DNA of 39,462 nucleotides from a virus. Its lineage: Duplodnaviria > Caudoviricetes. The DNA is taken from positions 1-39,462 of IMG/VR virus record IMGVR_UViG_3300044709_000122; one strand, written 5' to 3'. This document shows positions 8,643-18,239 of the stretch, one piece after another (position 1 is the first letter of the stretch; the number at the start of each line of letters is the position of its first letter). The notes below the pieces were generated by a model that saw nothing but the letters and a program-made list of their open reading frames with translations, did no database searches and had not been told where the DNA came from. Both the position numbers and the translations under genes were made by a program.

Positions 8643-9182
8643 ATGGCGTTCGCGACGCTGGCCGAGGCGAAGACCCAACTGAACTTCCCGACGAGCGACA
8701 CATCCAAGGACACGGAGCTTCAGTTCTATTTGGATGCTGCCACGGCACGGCTTGAGGACATGGTTGGTCAGTCGGCGTCGGCGTCGCGCAGCGAACGGCT
8801 CTATTCGATCTCCAACCGGATGCGTACCACATTCCGGCCGGTCACCGGCATCACGTCGATCACCGCGGTCGAGTCGTCGCTGACAGTGGCATCGACAGAT
8901 CTTGTGATCGAGCATGCGTCGGCTGGTATCGTCCGCCGGATCAACTGGCAGGCGTTTTCCGGCTGGTATGACCTGGTCTACAGCGGCGGCTATACGTCGA
9001 TCCTGGCCAACCACAAGCTGGCTTGTCTGATCACGTTCCAGCATCTGTGGCAGTTGCAGAACGGCCGCGGCCGCCCGGCGTCCGGCGAGGACGGTTTCCC
9101 CCCGCTTGGCGGGTTCGCCATCCCCAACCGTGCCCTCGAGTTGCTGTATGACACGCCGGCGATGGCTGTGGGCTTCGGCTGA
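8643..9182 (+). CDS. head-tail adaptor (gp6/gp15-like)
   Basis: FATLAEAKTQLN..D..L..YLDAA N-terminus, YSGGY, KLACL, FAIPNRALELL. Confidence 0.8.
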   Translation: MAFATLAEAKTQLNFPTSDTSKDTELQFYLDAATARLEDMVGQSASASRSERLYSISNRMRTTFRPVTGITSITAVESSLTVASTDLVIEHASAGIVRRINWQAFSGWYDLVYSGGYTSILANHKLACLITFQHLWQLQNGRGRPASGEDGFPPLGGFAIPNRALELLYDTPAMAVGFG

Positions 9183-9673
9183 TGGCCACCCAGTCCATCT
9201 TCGCCTCGGTCATGGATGCGATCTACGCCAAGTGGGTTGCTGATACAACGCTCGCCGCGATGGTCACCGCCAACACGTTGCGGATCTACGACGGGCCGCC
9301 GGCCGAGGACCGCTCCTGCGATCGTGAACTGCGTTTGGGTGCGATCGGTGAAGACTTCGAAGACCCGATCGTCATCGCGCAAGAGTGGGCCACCTCGGGC
9401 GGCCCGGCCGTCGCGGAACGGGACGAGACGATCGACATTCCCTGCTCGGTGTGGGTGTGGTACGGCAACAACGACATGAGCGCCACCCGGGCCGCCGCCC
9501 AGGCCGTGTTCGACCCGGCGTGCACAGCGCTGCGGGGACAGACGTTGTCGCTGCCGAGTGTCATGTGGATTGAGACGAGCGCCGGGGTGTTCGTTCAGGT
9601 CGCCACAGACTCCGGTGCCGCCGTCATCCTCACCTTCACCGTCCGCGTGCAAAACCGTCTGCTGAACATCTAG
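9182..9673 (+). CDS. neck/tail terminator-like protein
   Basis: IYDGPP motif, position before tail tube, translational coupling. Confidence 0.6.
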   Translation: MATQSIFASVMDAIYAKWVADTTLAAMVTANTLRIYDGPPAEDRSCDRELRLGAIGEDFEDPIVIAQEWATSGGPAVAERDETIDIPCSVWVWYGNNDMSATRAAAQAVFDPACTALRGQTLSLPSVMWIETSAGVFVQVATDSGAAVILTFTVRVQNRLLNI

Positions 9674-9683
9674 GAGAACCCCA

Positions 9684-9929
9684 ATGCCGGACATTGTCAG
9701 GCTGCGCTATGTCGGCGCGGTCCCGGTCAACGTGCCCGCCATCGTCCACGGCGAGGGTGGTGTGGAGCCGGACACGATCGTCGAGTTCCCCGGCAAAGTC
9801 CTCGAATCGCCGCAGGGCCAGCCCGACGATGCGGTTTATGTCGAGTCGGGCAATCCGCCCGAGCTGCGCGCCTGGCCGAAAAGTCTGTGGCGCGATGAAA
9901 CTGTGACCAGCCGCAAGGCGAAGGAGTAA
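9684..9929 (+). CDS. small virion-region protein
   Basis: SD AGGAG; VRLRYVG motif; position. Confidence 0.6.
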   Translation: MPDIVRLRYVGAVPVNVPAIVHGEGGVEPDTIVEFPGKVLESPQGQPDDAVYVESGNPPELRAWPKSLWRDETVTSRKAKE

Positions 9930-9932
9930 CCG

Positions 9933-10997
9933 ATGGCGACCGGCAGCGGCATCTGCTCGCAATTCATGTATAAGAACGAATCGACGGCTGGTGTCGCAGT
10001 CACACCCGATCATGCCTACAAGCATGTCAGCATCGGCGGGAACGGCCTGGATGTCATCTCCATCGACGACCCGGGTTTGGGTGGCTGCAACCTGGTCCCG
10101 ACAATCGACCGGACAGTAAAGGTCGCCCAGCAAGTCTCCCGCGATGTTGAGCTCAACGTCGGGACACGCAACCTGGGCCTGATCTTCAAGCAGATGCTCG
10201 GCTCATCCGCAGTCGCCACCCTCCTGTCCGGGGCGTTCTATCGGCAGATCCACTGGAACGGTGACCTGGCAACCAAGTCGCTGACTGTCCAATTCGGAAT
10301 GCCCGAGACCACCGCGACCGGCACCGTCCGCCCGTTCACCATCAACGGCTGCAAAATCACCCAGTGGGAGTTGGCGCAGGCCCGCAACGACTTCCTCAAA
10401 CTCCGCTTCACCCTGGACGGCTGGGACGAGACCACCGCCACCGCCCTCGCCACCGCCGTCTATGTCGGCGGCACCGGGGCGACCATCAACGAGGCCCTGC
10501 GGTTCAACTGCTTCAGCGCCAAAATCGGCGGCACCCCATCGGTCGGCGCCGGTCTGATCACCGTGGCGGGCGGCACGGAGATCAAAGGCTGCCGCGGCGT
10601 CTCCGTCAAAGGTGTCCAACCTTTGCGCACCGACGGGTTCTTCTCCGGAGGCAACGGCACCAAGTCCGAGCAGCTGGTCGCCGGTGACGGGTTCCAACAG
10701 TTTTCCGCCGACCTGGACATCGAATTCCAGGATCGTACGCAGATCTACGACATTTTCGCCGCCTACACGACCACGGCGCTTGAGCTGTCGTGGATCGGGA
10801 AGGTCGATGCGGGAACGTCCCAGTTCGGGAAGGTGTCGGTGATTTTCCCGCAGTGCAAGTTGAAGGGTCCGGCGTCGCCGATGGTGACCGGGCCGGGCGC
10901 GCTGGACAACAAGGCGTCGGTGATGGCGTACGGGTCCAACGACGGCACGATGCCTGCGGTGCAGCTTCTATACGAAAACTTGGACACAGCCTTGTGA
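9933..10997 (+). CDS. major tail tube protein
   Basis: MATGSG..SQF..K.EST.G..VTP N-terminus, GCKITQWEL; 354 aa; SD AAGGAG. Confidence 0.85.
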   Translation: MATGSGICSQFMYKNESTAGVAVTPDHAYKHVSIGGNGLDVISIDDPGLGGCNLVPTIDRTVKVAQQVSRDVELNVGTRNLGLIFKQMLGSSAVATLLSGAFYRQIHWNGDLATKSLTVQFGMPETTATGTVRPFTINGCKITQWELAQARNDFLKLRFTLDGWDETTATALATAVYVGGTGATINEALRFNCFSAKIGGTPSVGAGLITVAGGTEIKGCRGVSVKGVQPLRTDGFFSGGNGTKSEQLVAGDGFQQFSADLDIEFQDRTQIYDIFAAYTTTALELSWIGKVDAGTSQFGKVSVIFPQCKLKGPASPMVTGPGALDNKASVMAYGSNDGTMPAVQLLYENLDTAL

Positions 10998-11560
10998 TCA
11001 TCACCAGTAACGGGGGCTCCGACTTCCGGGATTTGGCCGCGAAGTTCAAGGCCGCCGGGGCGCATGGCGCGGCGGTGCGTAAGGCGTCGACGAAGGCGAT
11101 CCAAGGCCACCTTAAGAAGATCACCGACGAGCAGAAGGCCGAGATCATGGATTGGCGGCCCGGCGGCGTGTCCGGCCGGGGCGAGGTACGCCGCCGCCAG
11201 TTCACCGAAGCTCAGGCGGCACGCCAGTTCGCCCGCTCGGGTAGGCGCCGCCGCCCCCGCGCGTCGCACAGTCTGCGCTCCTACATTCGCGGGGCCATCA
11301 AATCCCGGGTCGCCTACACCGGCCGCCGGATCGGCGCCCGCATTTTCGTGGATCCGCAGGCGTTGCCGCCGTCGCAACGCCAACTGCCTAAGCATGTGGA
11401 CAATCCGCGTGGTTGGCGGCATCCGGTGTGGGGCCACCGTGACCGTTGGGTGCGGCAGGCCGGTACACCCTATTTTTCGGGGCCGATCGAACGTCGCCGT
11501 AGCCAGATCGAGCGTGATGTTCAGGCCGAGGTCGACAAGGTGATGAGGACATTGCAGTGA
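10994..11560 (+). CDS. HK97 gp10-like neck/tail completion protein
   Basis: Basic protein with WRHPVWG..RWVRQ...PYF motif; GTGA overlap with tail tube stop. Confidence 0.65.
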   Translation: MIITSNGGSDFRDLAAKFKAAGAHGAAVRKASTKAIQGHLKKITDEQKAEIMDWRPGGVSGRGEVRRRQFTEAQAARQFARSGRRRRPRASHSLRSYIRGAIKSRVAYTGRRIGARIFVDPQALPPSQRQLPKHVDNPRGWRHPVWGHRDRWVRQAGTPYFSGPIERRRSQIERDVQAEVDKVMRTLQ

Positions 11561-11928
11561 CTTTTGTGGTGGCGTGGAAAGGTCAAGAGCTCGACATCGA
11601 TCCGGTCGATTTCACCGGCCTCGAGTTGAGTGAGGTCAAGAAGCGGACGGCGTTGACGTTCAAGACGCTGATCGAAGGGTTGCGGGAATGTGACGGCGAC
11701 GCGATCCGGGCCTTGTTTTGGGTGGCGATGCGCCGCACTGATCCGGAGCTGAAGTTTTCCGAGTTCGACGGCCCGCCGCTGCGCCTGTTCCTGCAGCACT
11801 TCGAAGGCCTGTCCGTGGCAATGGATGAAGGCCTGGGAAAAGATCAGACGACCGAGACGGGCGAGAACGATGGTTCCCTGTCTTCGCCGTCGAATGCGGA
11901 TACACCCGAGCCGACTATCTCGCTTTGA
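11557..11928 (+). CDS. tail assembly chaperone (gpG-like)
   Basis: Position before tape measure; in-frame G GGA AAA slippery site at 11835-11841. Confidence 0.85.
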   Translation: MTFVVAWKGQELDIDPVDFTGLELSEVKKRTALTFKTLIEGLRECDGDAIRALFWVAMRRTDPELKFSEFDGPPLRLFLQHFEGLSVAMDEGLGKDQTTETGENDGSLSSPSNADTPEPTISL

Positions 11929-11990
11929 CCGAACGCGACCGGCTCGCGATCATCGGCGAACTCAATAGAAGAGCGGGTGTGGAGGGCTGA
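11841..11990 (+). CDS. -1 frameshift extension of tail chaperone (gpGT-like)
   Basis: -1 frame reads RSDDRDGRERWFPVFAVECGYTRADYLALTERDRLAIIGELNRRAGVEG and its TGA overlaps the tape-measure ATG. Confidence 0.85.
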   Translation, partial: RSDDRDGRERWFPVFAVECGYTRADYLALTERDRLAIIGELNRRAGVEG

Positions 11991-13708
11991 TGGCGTCGAC
12001 GCTGTCCTGGAACCTTCACGGCAACGACCAACTGTCCGGGGTGCTCGAGCATCTGGATCGGACCCTGGGCAGCCTGTCTCGCAAGTTGGATGCGACGACC
12101 GCGGACGCCAGGCAGATGGGTGCGGCGTTCGGTGCGGCCGAAAACCCGGCCCGGCGTATGGGTGCCGGTGCCGAACATGCCGTGAGCCGCCTCGACGGGC
12201 TGACAGCCGGGTTCAGTCGCGTCATCGACAAGGCCAGATTCTTTGCTGTGGCCATGTCCACCGCCGCCCTGGCCGCCGTCGGTGCCATCGGGTTCATGGC
12301 CATCAAAACCGCCAGCGCCAACGAGTCGGCTGCGATCTCCTTCGAACTGCTGTTAGGCAGCGCGGAGAAGGCAAAGGATTTCTTCGGCGAGCTGCAGCGG
12401 TTTGCTGCCGCGACACCGTTCGAACTGCCCCAGTTGCGTGACGCGGCGTCCCGGCTGTTGGCGGTCGGCACCGCGGTCAAAGACATCATCCCGTTGCTGA
12501 CCGCGCTCGGTGATGCCACCGCAGGGATGGGCACCGGCGCCGAAGGCATCGCCCGCGCTGTGACCGCTTTGACGCAGATGCAGCAGAAGACCAAGGTCAC
12601 TGCCGAAGAGATGATGCAGTTGACCGAGGCCGGTCTGCCTGCGTGGGCCACGCTCGCCGCGTTCCTGAAGGTTGATGTCGCCACGGCGATGAAGATGGTG
12701 GAGCGGCGCACGGTCGACGCGACAGCCATGTTCCAGGCTTTGGAGCAGAAGGCCGGCCCGTCGATGCAACGGCTGTCCGGGATGATGGAACGCCAGTCTC
12801 ACACTTTGGAAGGCGTGTGGTCGACGTTCAAGGACAACGCCGGTCAGGCCCTTGCCAAGTTCGCTGAGCCTCTGCTCCCTGGGCTGATCAAAATCATTGG
12901 GCGGCTGGGGGAGATCACCCCAAAGATTTTGGACAAGATCCGGGACATGGTGCGGCAGGTCGGCCAAATCTTCGGGTCCTCCGACGTCGGCGACAAGATC
13001 TTTGCCTCGCTGAAGGCCCTGGGTGAAACGGTTCTGCCCAAGCTGGAGACGGCGTGGAACCGGCTGCTGGGCACCATCTCCAACAACCGTGAAGGCCTGG
13101 AAAAGCTGGGCAGGTTCATCGCCGAGTTTGTGATCCCGTTCATGGGCGCGAGCCTTGTCGCCGCGATCGACATGACCACGACCGCGTTGCGGGCGTTGAT
13201 CTGGATGACCGCGCGTGTGGTCGACGCGATGCAGCTGATGGCCGGCACCACCCTGTCGATGCTGGGTTTGATCGTGCACGCGGCGGATCTGGCGTGGGGC
13301 TGGATCCCCGAGCTGGGTCCGAAGCTGCACAATGCGGCGGGCGAGTTTGACAAGTGGGCCAACGGGATCATGGACAAGCTGAACGCGTTGGATGGTGCTG
13401 CGCGGGGTAATGCGCTTTTGGGTGTGTCGGGTTGGGCGTCGCAGCGTAGTAGTGAGCGGCAGGGCCGGGCGACTGGCGGGCCGGTGTGGGCGGGTATGGC
13501 ATACACGGCGAACGAGTTCGGGCCTGAGGGCTTCATCGCCGCGACGACCGGCACAGTGCAGCCGTATCAGGCCAACAGCCGCACGGGCACGGGTGACCAG
13601 TTCCTCGGCACCGTCCGGTTTGAGCTAGGCCTCGATGGGCGAACCATCCACGAGAAGCTGCTCAGCTTTAAGACCAACAGTGGCAAAGTCTCGCTGGAAC
13701 TGGGCTGA
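11990..13708 (+). CDS. tape measure protein
   Basis: Ala-rich helical protein; FAAATPFELPQL tape-measure domain, MMERQSHTLEGVWST, RATGGPV...EFGPE C-terminal motif. Confidence 0.93.
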   Translation: MASTLSWNLHGNDQLSGVLEHLDRTLGSLSRKLDATTADARQMGAAFGAAENPARRMGAGAEHAVSRLDGLTAGFSRVIDKARFFAVAMSTAALAAVGAIGFMAIKTASANESAAISFELLLGSAEKAKDFFGELQRFAAATPFELPQLRDAASRLLAVGTAVKDIIPLLTALGDATAGMGTGAEGIARAVTALTQMQQKTKVTAEEMMQLTEAGLPAWATLAAFLKVDVATAMKMVERRTVDATAMFQALEQKAGPSMQRLSGMMERQSHTLEGVWSTFKDNAGQALAKFAEPLLPGLIKIIGRLGEITPKILDKIRDMVRQVGQIFGSSDVGDKIFASLKALGETVLPKLETAWNRLLGTISNNREGLEKLGRFIAEFVIPFMGASLVAAIDMTTTALRALIWMTARVVDAMQLMAGTTLSMLGLIVHAADLAWGWIPELGPKLHNAAGEFDKWANGIMDKLNALDGAARGNALLGVSGWASQRSSERQGRATGGPVWAGMAYTANEFGPEGFIAATTGTVQPYQANSRTGTGDQFLGTVRFELGLDGRTIHEKLLSFKTNSGKVSLELG

Positions 13709-15084
13709 TGGCAGCCAACCAAACGTGGAAGATCGAGATTGCGTTCACGTCGCAACCCAACGCGCTCAACCCCGTCTACGCCGACGTCACCCCGGATGTG
13801 GACGGCATGTTCGAGATCGTCGCCGGGGAAACCGCGAACAGTTCCGACCCGGGTAACACGCTCACCTTCCAGCTGCAAAACAAAGATCAGCGTTACACGC
13901 CCGGGAACCTGCTATCCGCGACCGCTTTGAAGTCCGGGCGGAAGGTGCGTGTCACCAACACGATCGCCGACCAGCTGATCGAACTGTTCACCGGCTACAT
14001 CCAGTTCCCGACGATCGACCAGTGGGTCGAGTCGAACGCCACCGAACCCCGCACCCAAACCATCACCGTCACCGCCGTAGATCAAGAGGCCAGGCTGTCG
14101 CGTGGCCGGGCGTTCGTTTCCGCGTTGGCCGAACACATCGTCTACACCGGCAGCACCGACCTGAAAGGATATTGGACTCTCACCGAGGAGCAGCAGCCGT
14201 TCGCCGGGACCGGGCCGACCGCTGCCGCGCTGGACTTGGTGATGTACCGCACCGGCACCACCGGCCTGTCCGTTGCCCCGCAGCCCAATACCGGGCTGGC
14301 CCCGCCCGGTGGGGAAAACTCGGGTGCCCGGATGCCGTCGGATCCGACCGGGCCGGGACACGTGTTCATCCGAACCCATCTGCCCGCAGGGTTCGCCCCC
14401 GCCGTCGGCGCATCCGACGCGATCGTCGTCGTGTTCTGGTTCGCGTTCGCGCCCACCATGGCCGCCAACGACGCCGCCTTCCAGCAAATCCTGACCTTCA
14501 ACGCCCCCACAGCCGCGGTCACCCTGGAACGGAATGTCACCACCCGCCAGTGGACGCTCACCTCGACCGGCCTGGTCGGGTCGATCTCCGGTGGCATGGT
14601 CGGCAACGAAGCCCTCCTGCCGATCGGTGTGTATCTGAAGGAATCGACCGGCGTCCTCGAACTGTGGACAGGCGGGCAGCGGCAGACCACAACGTTGACC
14701 GGTGCGCCCGTGGGTGCGGGAACGTTCCTGTGGGGCGACCTCGGCTACCAGATCGACTACGACCTGTCCCATTTGCAGATTTACGTCGGCAACAATTTCG
14801 GCTACACCCAGTTTTTGGAGCAAATCCAGCAGGGCTACTCGCCGCTGGAAGGCCAGCCGACCGGCTCCCGCATCCACACCCTGCTCGACTACGCCGGATA
14901 CCCGCGAGGCGACGCCTTCCGCGACATCGACCCCGGCGTCTCAGTGATGAGCGCCGCCACCCTGGCCGGGCTGAACCCGAAGGACGCCATCGACGTGGCG
15001 GTGGAAACCGAACAGGGCCGCTTCTACATTTCCGGCCGCGGCCAAACCGTGTTCGCCGACCGTAAACGCCTCTACAACATCTAG
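13708..15084 (+). CDS. minor tail/baseplate protein N-terminal part with ConA/LamG-like insert
   Basis: PGNTLTFQLQNKDQRYTPGN, GYWTLTE, RIHTLLDYAG, TEQGRFYISGRG motifs after the tape measure. Confidence 0.75.
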   Translation: MAANQTWKIEIAFTSQPNALNPVYADVTPDVDGMFEIVAGETANSSDPGNTLTFQLQNKDQRYTPGNLLSATALKSGRKVRVTNTIADQLIELFTGYIQFPTIDQWVESNATEPRTQTITVTAVDQEARLSRGRAFVSALAEHIVYTGSTDLKGYWTLTEEQQPFAGTGPTAAALDLVMYRTGTTGLSVAPQPNTGLAPPGGENSGARMPSDPTGPGHVFIRTHLPAGFAPAVGASDAIVVVFWFAFAPTMAANDAAFQQILTFNAPTAAVTLERNVTTRQWTLTSTGLVGSISGGMVGNEALLPIGVYLKESTGVLELWTGGQRQTTTLTGAPVGAGTFLWGDLGYQIDYDLSHLQIYVGNNFGYTQFLEQIQQGYSPLEGQPTGSRIHTLLDYAGYPRGDAFRDIDPGVSVMSAATLAGLNPKDAIDVAVETEQGRFYISGRGQTVFADRKRLYNI

Positions 15085-15102
15085 CCCAAGGGAAACGGAT
15101 CG

Positions 15103-15681
15103 ATGGCCACAGCCGGTTACGCCCAAACGTTGATCACCGCCCAGTCTGATGGCACCTCCCGCGCGTCGTTCACCACGGCGATCACGATCCTGCCCGACCA
15201 TGCCCGGTGGACGATCCCCGCCGGGTACTTCTTCATCGGCAAAAAGCTGCGCGTCACCGCGTCCGGGCGTATCTCCAATGTGGTCACCGCCCAGCCCACG
15301 TTCCAGTTCCTGTTCAAGCTGGGGCCCACGTCGAACATAACCGTGTTCGACGGCGGGAACATGACGACGTCGACCACCGCCCACACGACTGTGCCGTGGT
15401 CGCTGGAAATCGACCTGACATGCCGGGCTGTCGGAGCCGGCACCACGGCGACGCTGATGGGTCAGGGCCGTGTGTGGTCGCGTGCGTTCGTCGTCTCCGG
15501 CGCCACAGCTGATTCGGTGAACACCCACACGACGTTGATGATCCCGGCGACCACACCGGCGGTCGGCGGCGGCTTCGACTCGACGGTGGCCAACATCGCC
15601 GACCTGTTCGCCGCGTGCGGCACATCCGACCCCGCCAACCTGATCCAGTTGCATCAGTATTCTCTTGAAGATCTTTATTGA
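15103..15681 (+). CDS. minor virion protein (beta-rich)
   Basis: 192 aa, Thr-rich beta pattern, SD AAGGGA, in tail cluster. Confidence 0.65.
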   Translation: MATAGYAQTLITAQSDGTSRASFTTAITILPDHARWTIPAGYFFIGKKLRVTASGRISNVVTAQPTFQFLFKLGPTSNITVFDGGNMTTSTTAHTTVPWSLEIDLTCRAVGAGTTATLMGQGRVWSRAFVVSGATADSVNTHTTLMIPATTPAVGGGFDSTVANIADLFAACGTSDPANLIQLHQYSLEDLY

Positions 15682-15687
15682 GGTCTG

Positions 15688-16317
15688 ATGCCGACGCCTT
15701 TGCAGCAGTCGCCGATCATATTCACCCCGGCCGCACGCCCCCCAATTGGTATCCGCCGCCCCTACGGCGTCGCCGTAGGCGGTTTGGCCCCCGTCCCATT
15801 CGACATCCCCGTCTGCTGGCTCACCCCACCGGTCACCCTGCGCATGGAACAGCCCTACACCACCGCCGCCGTATCCCGCGACGGCGGCGGAACCTACCGC
15901 GACGTCAACACCGGCAACCGCGACGAATACGGCGACTTCCAATACACGGCAGACCTTGCCACGTTCACCGACCGGGACCCGGCGAACCTGGCACATTGGA
16001 CGGTCACCTACCGGTCTGTGCCACGCACCCGCTGCTCACAGATCGTGGTCAACCTGATGTTTAGGACCGACACCGAACGGGTTGCCCTGCTGCGGATACC
16101 CCGATGGTCACGGATCCAGCTGACCGGTGTCCCACCCGAATTCCCGGAAGGCGCCAACTCGCTTGTAGTGGCCGGGACGAAACATCAAATCAGCCTGGCC
16201 GGGCATCTGCTGTATTTCACGACCGGGCCGGTGATCGGCGCGGTCGCCGGGGTGCCGGGGCCGTGGTTCCGCTACGGCTCGAGCTCGTGGGGCGGCACCG
16301 ATGTCATACCGTTCTGA
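15688..16317 (+). CDS. minor tail protein, resembles C-terminal half of a tail hub protein
   Basis: VSRDGG...EYG...LAHW...PRTR..IVVNL...RIQLTGVP...AGTKHQI pattern. Confidence 0.65.
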   Translation: MPTPLQQSPIIFTPAARPPIGIRRPYGVAVGGLAPVPFDIPVCWLTPPVTLRMEQPYTTAAVSRDGGGTYRDVNTGNRDEYGDFQYTADLATFTDRDPANLAHWTVTYRSVPRTRCSQIVVNLMFRTDTERVALLRIPRWSRIQLTGVPPEFPEGANSLVVAGTKHQISLAGHLLYFTTGPVIGAVAGVPGPWFRYGSSSWGGTDVIPF

Positions 16318-16335
16318 TCTTGAGGTGGAGGTCTA

Positions 16336-16875
16336 GTGGCGACCGTTCCGACACCGCCCGACTTCACGGACGGCGCCTCCTCCTCCTCGCAGCTCAATCA
16401 GCTACGCGATGCGATCAAGTTTCTGCAACGGCCACCCAACGCACAACTACGCCAGGCTGTTGTCCAAGCCGTCACCACCGCCGTATGGACGGCCATCACC
16501 TTCGACGCCGAAGACATCGACGACGACACCGAAGGCACCGGCGGGCACTCCACCTCCTCCAACACGAGCCGCTACACCGCCCGCTACCCCGGCCGCTACG
16601 ACCTCGGCGGCGGCATGGCATGGGCCTCCAACAACACCGGCGTACGCGGCACCTACTGGTCAGTCAACGGCGTGGCACAAAACGGGTCGCAAACCCTTGA
16701 GGCCACCATCAACGGCCTGGACGCCTGCTACTCGGCACGGTCGATCGAAGTGTATTTAGCTGTCGGCGACTACCTCGAACTGTTCGCCTACCAATCCTCC
16801 GGCGGCAACCTGAACACGGGTATCACCTCGGCAGTCGAGCAGCCATCAGCCAAGGTCCGCTGGGTGAGCATATGA
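16336..16875 (+). CDS. tail fiber/receptor-binding-like protein (TNF/C1q-like beta sandwich)
   Basis: LNQLRDAIKFL, ITFDAEDID, RYTARYPGRY, LAVGDYLELFAYQSSGGNL motifs. Confidence 0.7.
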   Translation: MATVPTPPDFTDGASSSSQLNQLRDAIKFLQRPPNAQLRQAVVQAVTTAVWTAITFDAEDIDDDTEGTGGHSTSSNTSRYTARYPGRYDLGGGMAWASNNTGVRGTYWSVNGVAQNGSQTLEATINGLDACYSARSIEVYLAVGDYLELFAYQSSGGNLNTGITSAVEQPSAKVRWVSI

Positions 16876-17273
16876 ACAACTGGTGGCTGGTAATCCAAGC
16901 GCCTTCCGGTCGCTATGCCTGGTCGTTGGGCGACCCGGACCCGGACAGCCGCGACGACCTCGTCGTCCGCGCCAAGGCCCTACTTGACATGCCGGGCGGC
17001 GACGAGTGGGTGTCCAAGCCGCACCTGGGATGGCATTGCCTTCTAGCACCTGGCGAAACCGAGCTGCCTCAAGGCAAGCCGCACCCGGCCGTCGGCGCTG
17101 TTGTCCGCGACGTGGCCGAACTGCGTGCGCTACCAGTAGCGAAGGTGCACGCATGGCGGGACGCCGACACGACGGCCCGAGCGCAGGCCCGAATCGACGG
17201 AGCGCGGGCGATGTTCAACGAACTCAGCGAAGACGAGAAGGCCCTCCTGCGGGCACACCTGGGCCCGGGATAG
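16872..17273 (+). CDS. hypothetical protein
   Basis: ATGA coupling to the previous gene; GC3-rich. Confidence 0.55.
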   Translation: MNNWWLVIQAPSGRYAWSLGDPDPDSRDDLVVRAKALLDMPGGDEWVSKPHLGWHCLLAPGETELPQGKPHPAVGAVVRDVAELRALPVAKVHAWRDADTTARAQARIDGARAMFNELSEDEKALLRAHLGPG

Positions 17274-17282
17274 GAGACCGCG

Positions 17283-18206
17283 ATGAGCACCCCCGGCGTC
17301 GATTACGCCTTCCCGCCGCGGCCGGACATCACCGCGCTCGCTGCGGCCGGGTTCAAGTTCGCGTGCCGTTACGGCGGCCCGGGTACCCGCGACAAGCAGC
17401 TCGACGCGGCCGAGGCCAACAGTCTCGCCGCTGCTGGTATCTCGGTGGTGTCCAATGCGGAGGGTGCCGCCGACGGCCTGGGCAACGGCTGGGCGGTCGG
17501 GGTGTCGTGGGCGAAGACGGCCGACTACTGGTTCAAATCCTGCGGGATGCCCGCGGACCGGCCGATCTATCTCTCTGCTGACTTCGACGTGACGGTCGAG
17601 GACTGGCCGGCGGTCGCCGAGGCGCTCAAGGGTGCGGCGTCCGTCATCGGTGTCGCCCGGGTCGGTGTGTACGGCAGCTACAACGTGATGCGCTGGGCCG
17701 CCCGTGACGGCGTCGCCAAGTGGTACTGGCAGTGCTTCGCTTGGTCCTACGGGCGTTGGGCGCCGGGTAACCACATCGAGCAGTACCGCAACGGTGTCAC
17801 CATCGGCGGCGCCGACTGCGACCTCAACCGTGCCCTGCAGGACGACTACGGCCAGTGGATGCCCGGCCGCACACCGACGAAGGGATCCAAGATGTACGTG
17901 CTCGTGAGCAAGATCGGCGACGACAAGGTGTACCTTGCCGACGGCATGGTCTGCCGGTGGATCGAGTCGCCGCAGGATTTGGCCGACATCCGCTACCTGG
18001 CATCCACCGGTCAGATCGCGCCGCTATACAAGGCCGGCGAGATCCAGGAGGTCGAGAACCTGGGCGTGTACGGGGTGGAGCTGTCCGAACTCGGAGCGCC
18101 CGGCCCGCAAGGCCCTGAGGGTCCGGCCGGCCCGCAGGGACCACCTGGCGACGACGCCACCCTTGCACCCGGGACGACGCTGAAGGTCACCGACAGCCCT
18201 CTCTGA
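17283..18206 (+). CDS. endolysin, DUF1906/GH25-like glycoside hydrolase with C-terminal collagen repeat
   Basis: GVDY, FACRY, PIYLSADFD, GVYGS, WQ..AWS, QY...I.G..CDLN motifs; Gly-X-Y x7 near C-terminus; upstream of holin-like genes. Confidence 0.88.
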   Translation: MSTPGVDYAFPPRPDITALAAAGFKFACRYGGPGTRDKQLDAAEANSLAAAGISVVSNAEGAADGLGNGWAVGVSWAKTADYWFKSCGMPADRPIYLSADFDVTVEDWPAVAEALKGAASVIGVARVGVYGSYNVMRWAARDGVAKWYWQCFAWSYGRWAPGNHIEQYRNGVTIGGADCDLNRALQDDYGQWMPGRTPTKGSKMYVLVSKIGDDKVYLADGMVCRWIESPQDLADIRYLASTGQIAPLYKAGEIQEVENLGVYGVELSELGAPGPQGPEGPAGPQGPPGDDATLAPGTTLKVTDSPL

Positions 18207-18239
18207 CCCGCACCTGAACACAAGCGAACGGGAGGCCCG

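Noticed and set aside
236-15996. Long overlapping ORFs such as 236-1099(-), 6422-7342(-), 12353-13330(-), 14022-15065(+), 14941-15996(-)
   Set aside because: Shadow frames of GC3-rich structural genes; Arg/Pro/Gly-rich with no recognizable motifs.
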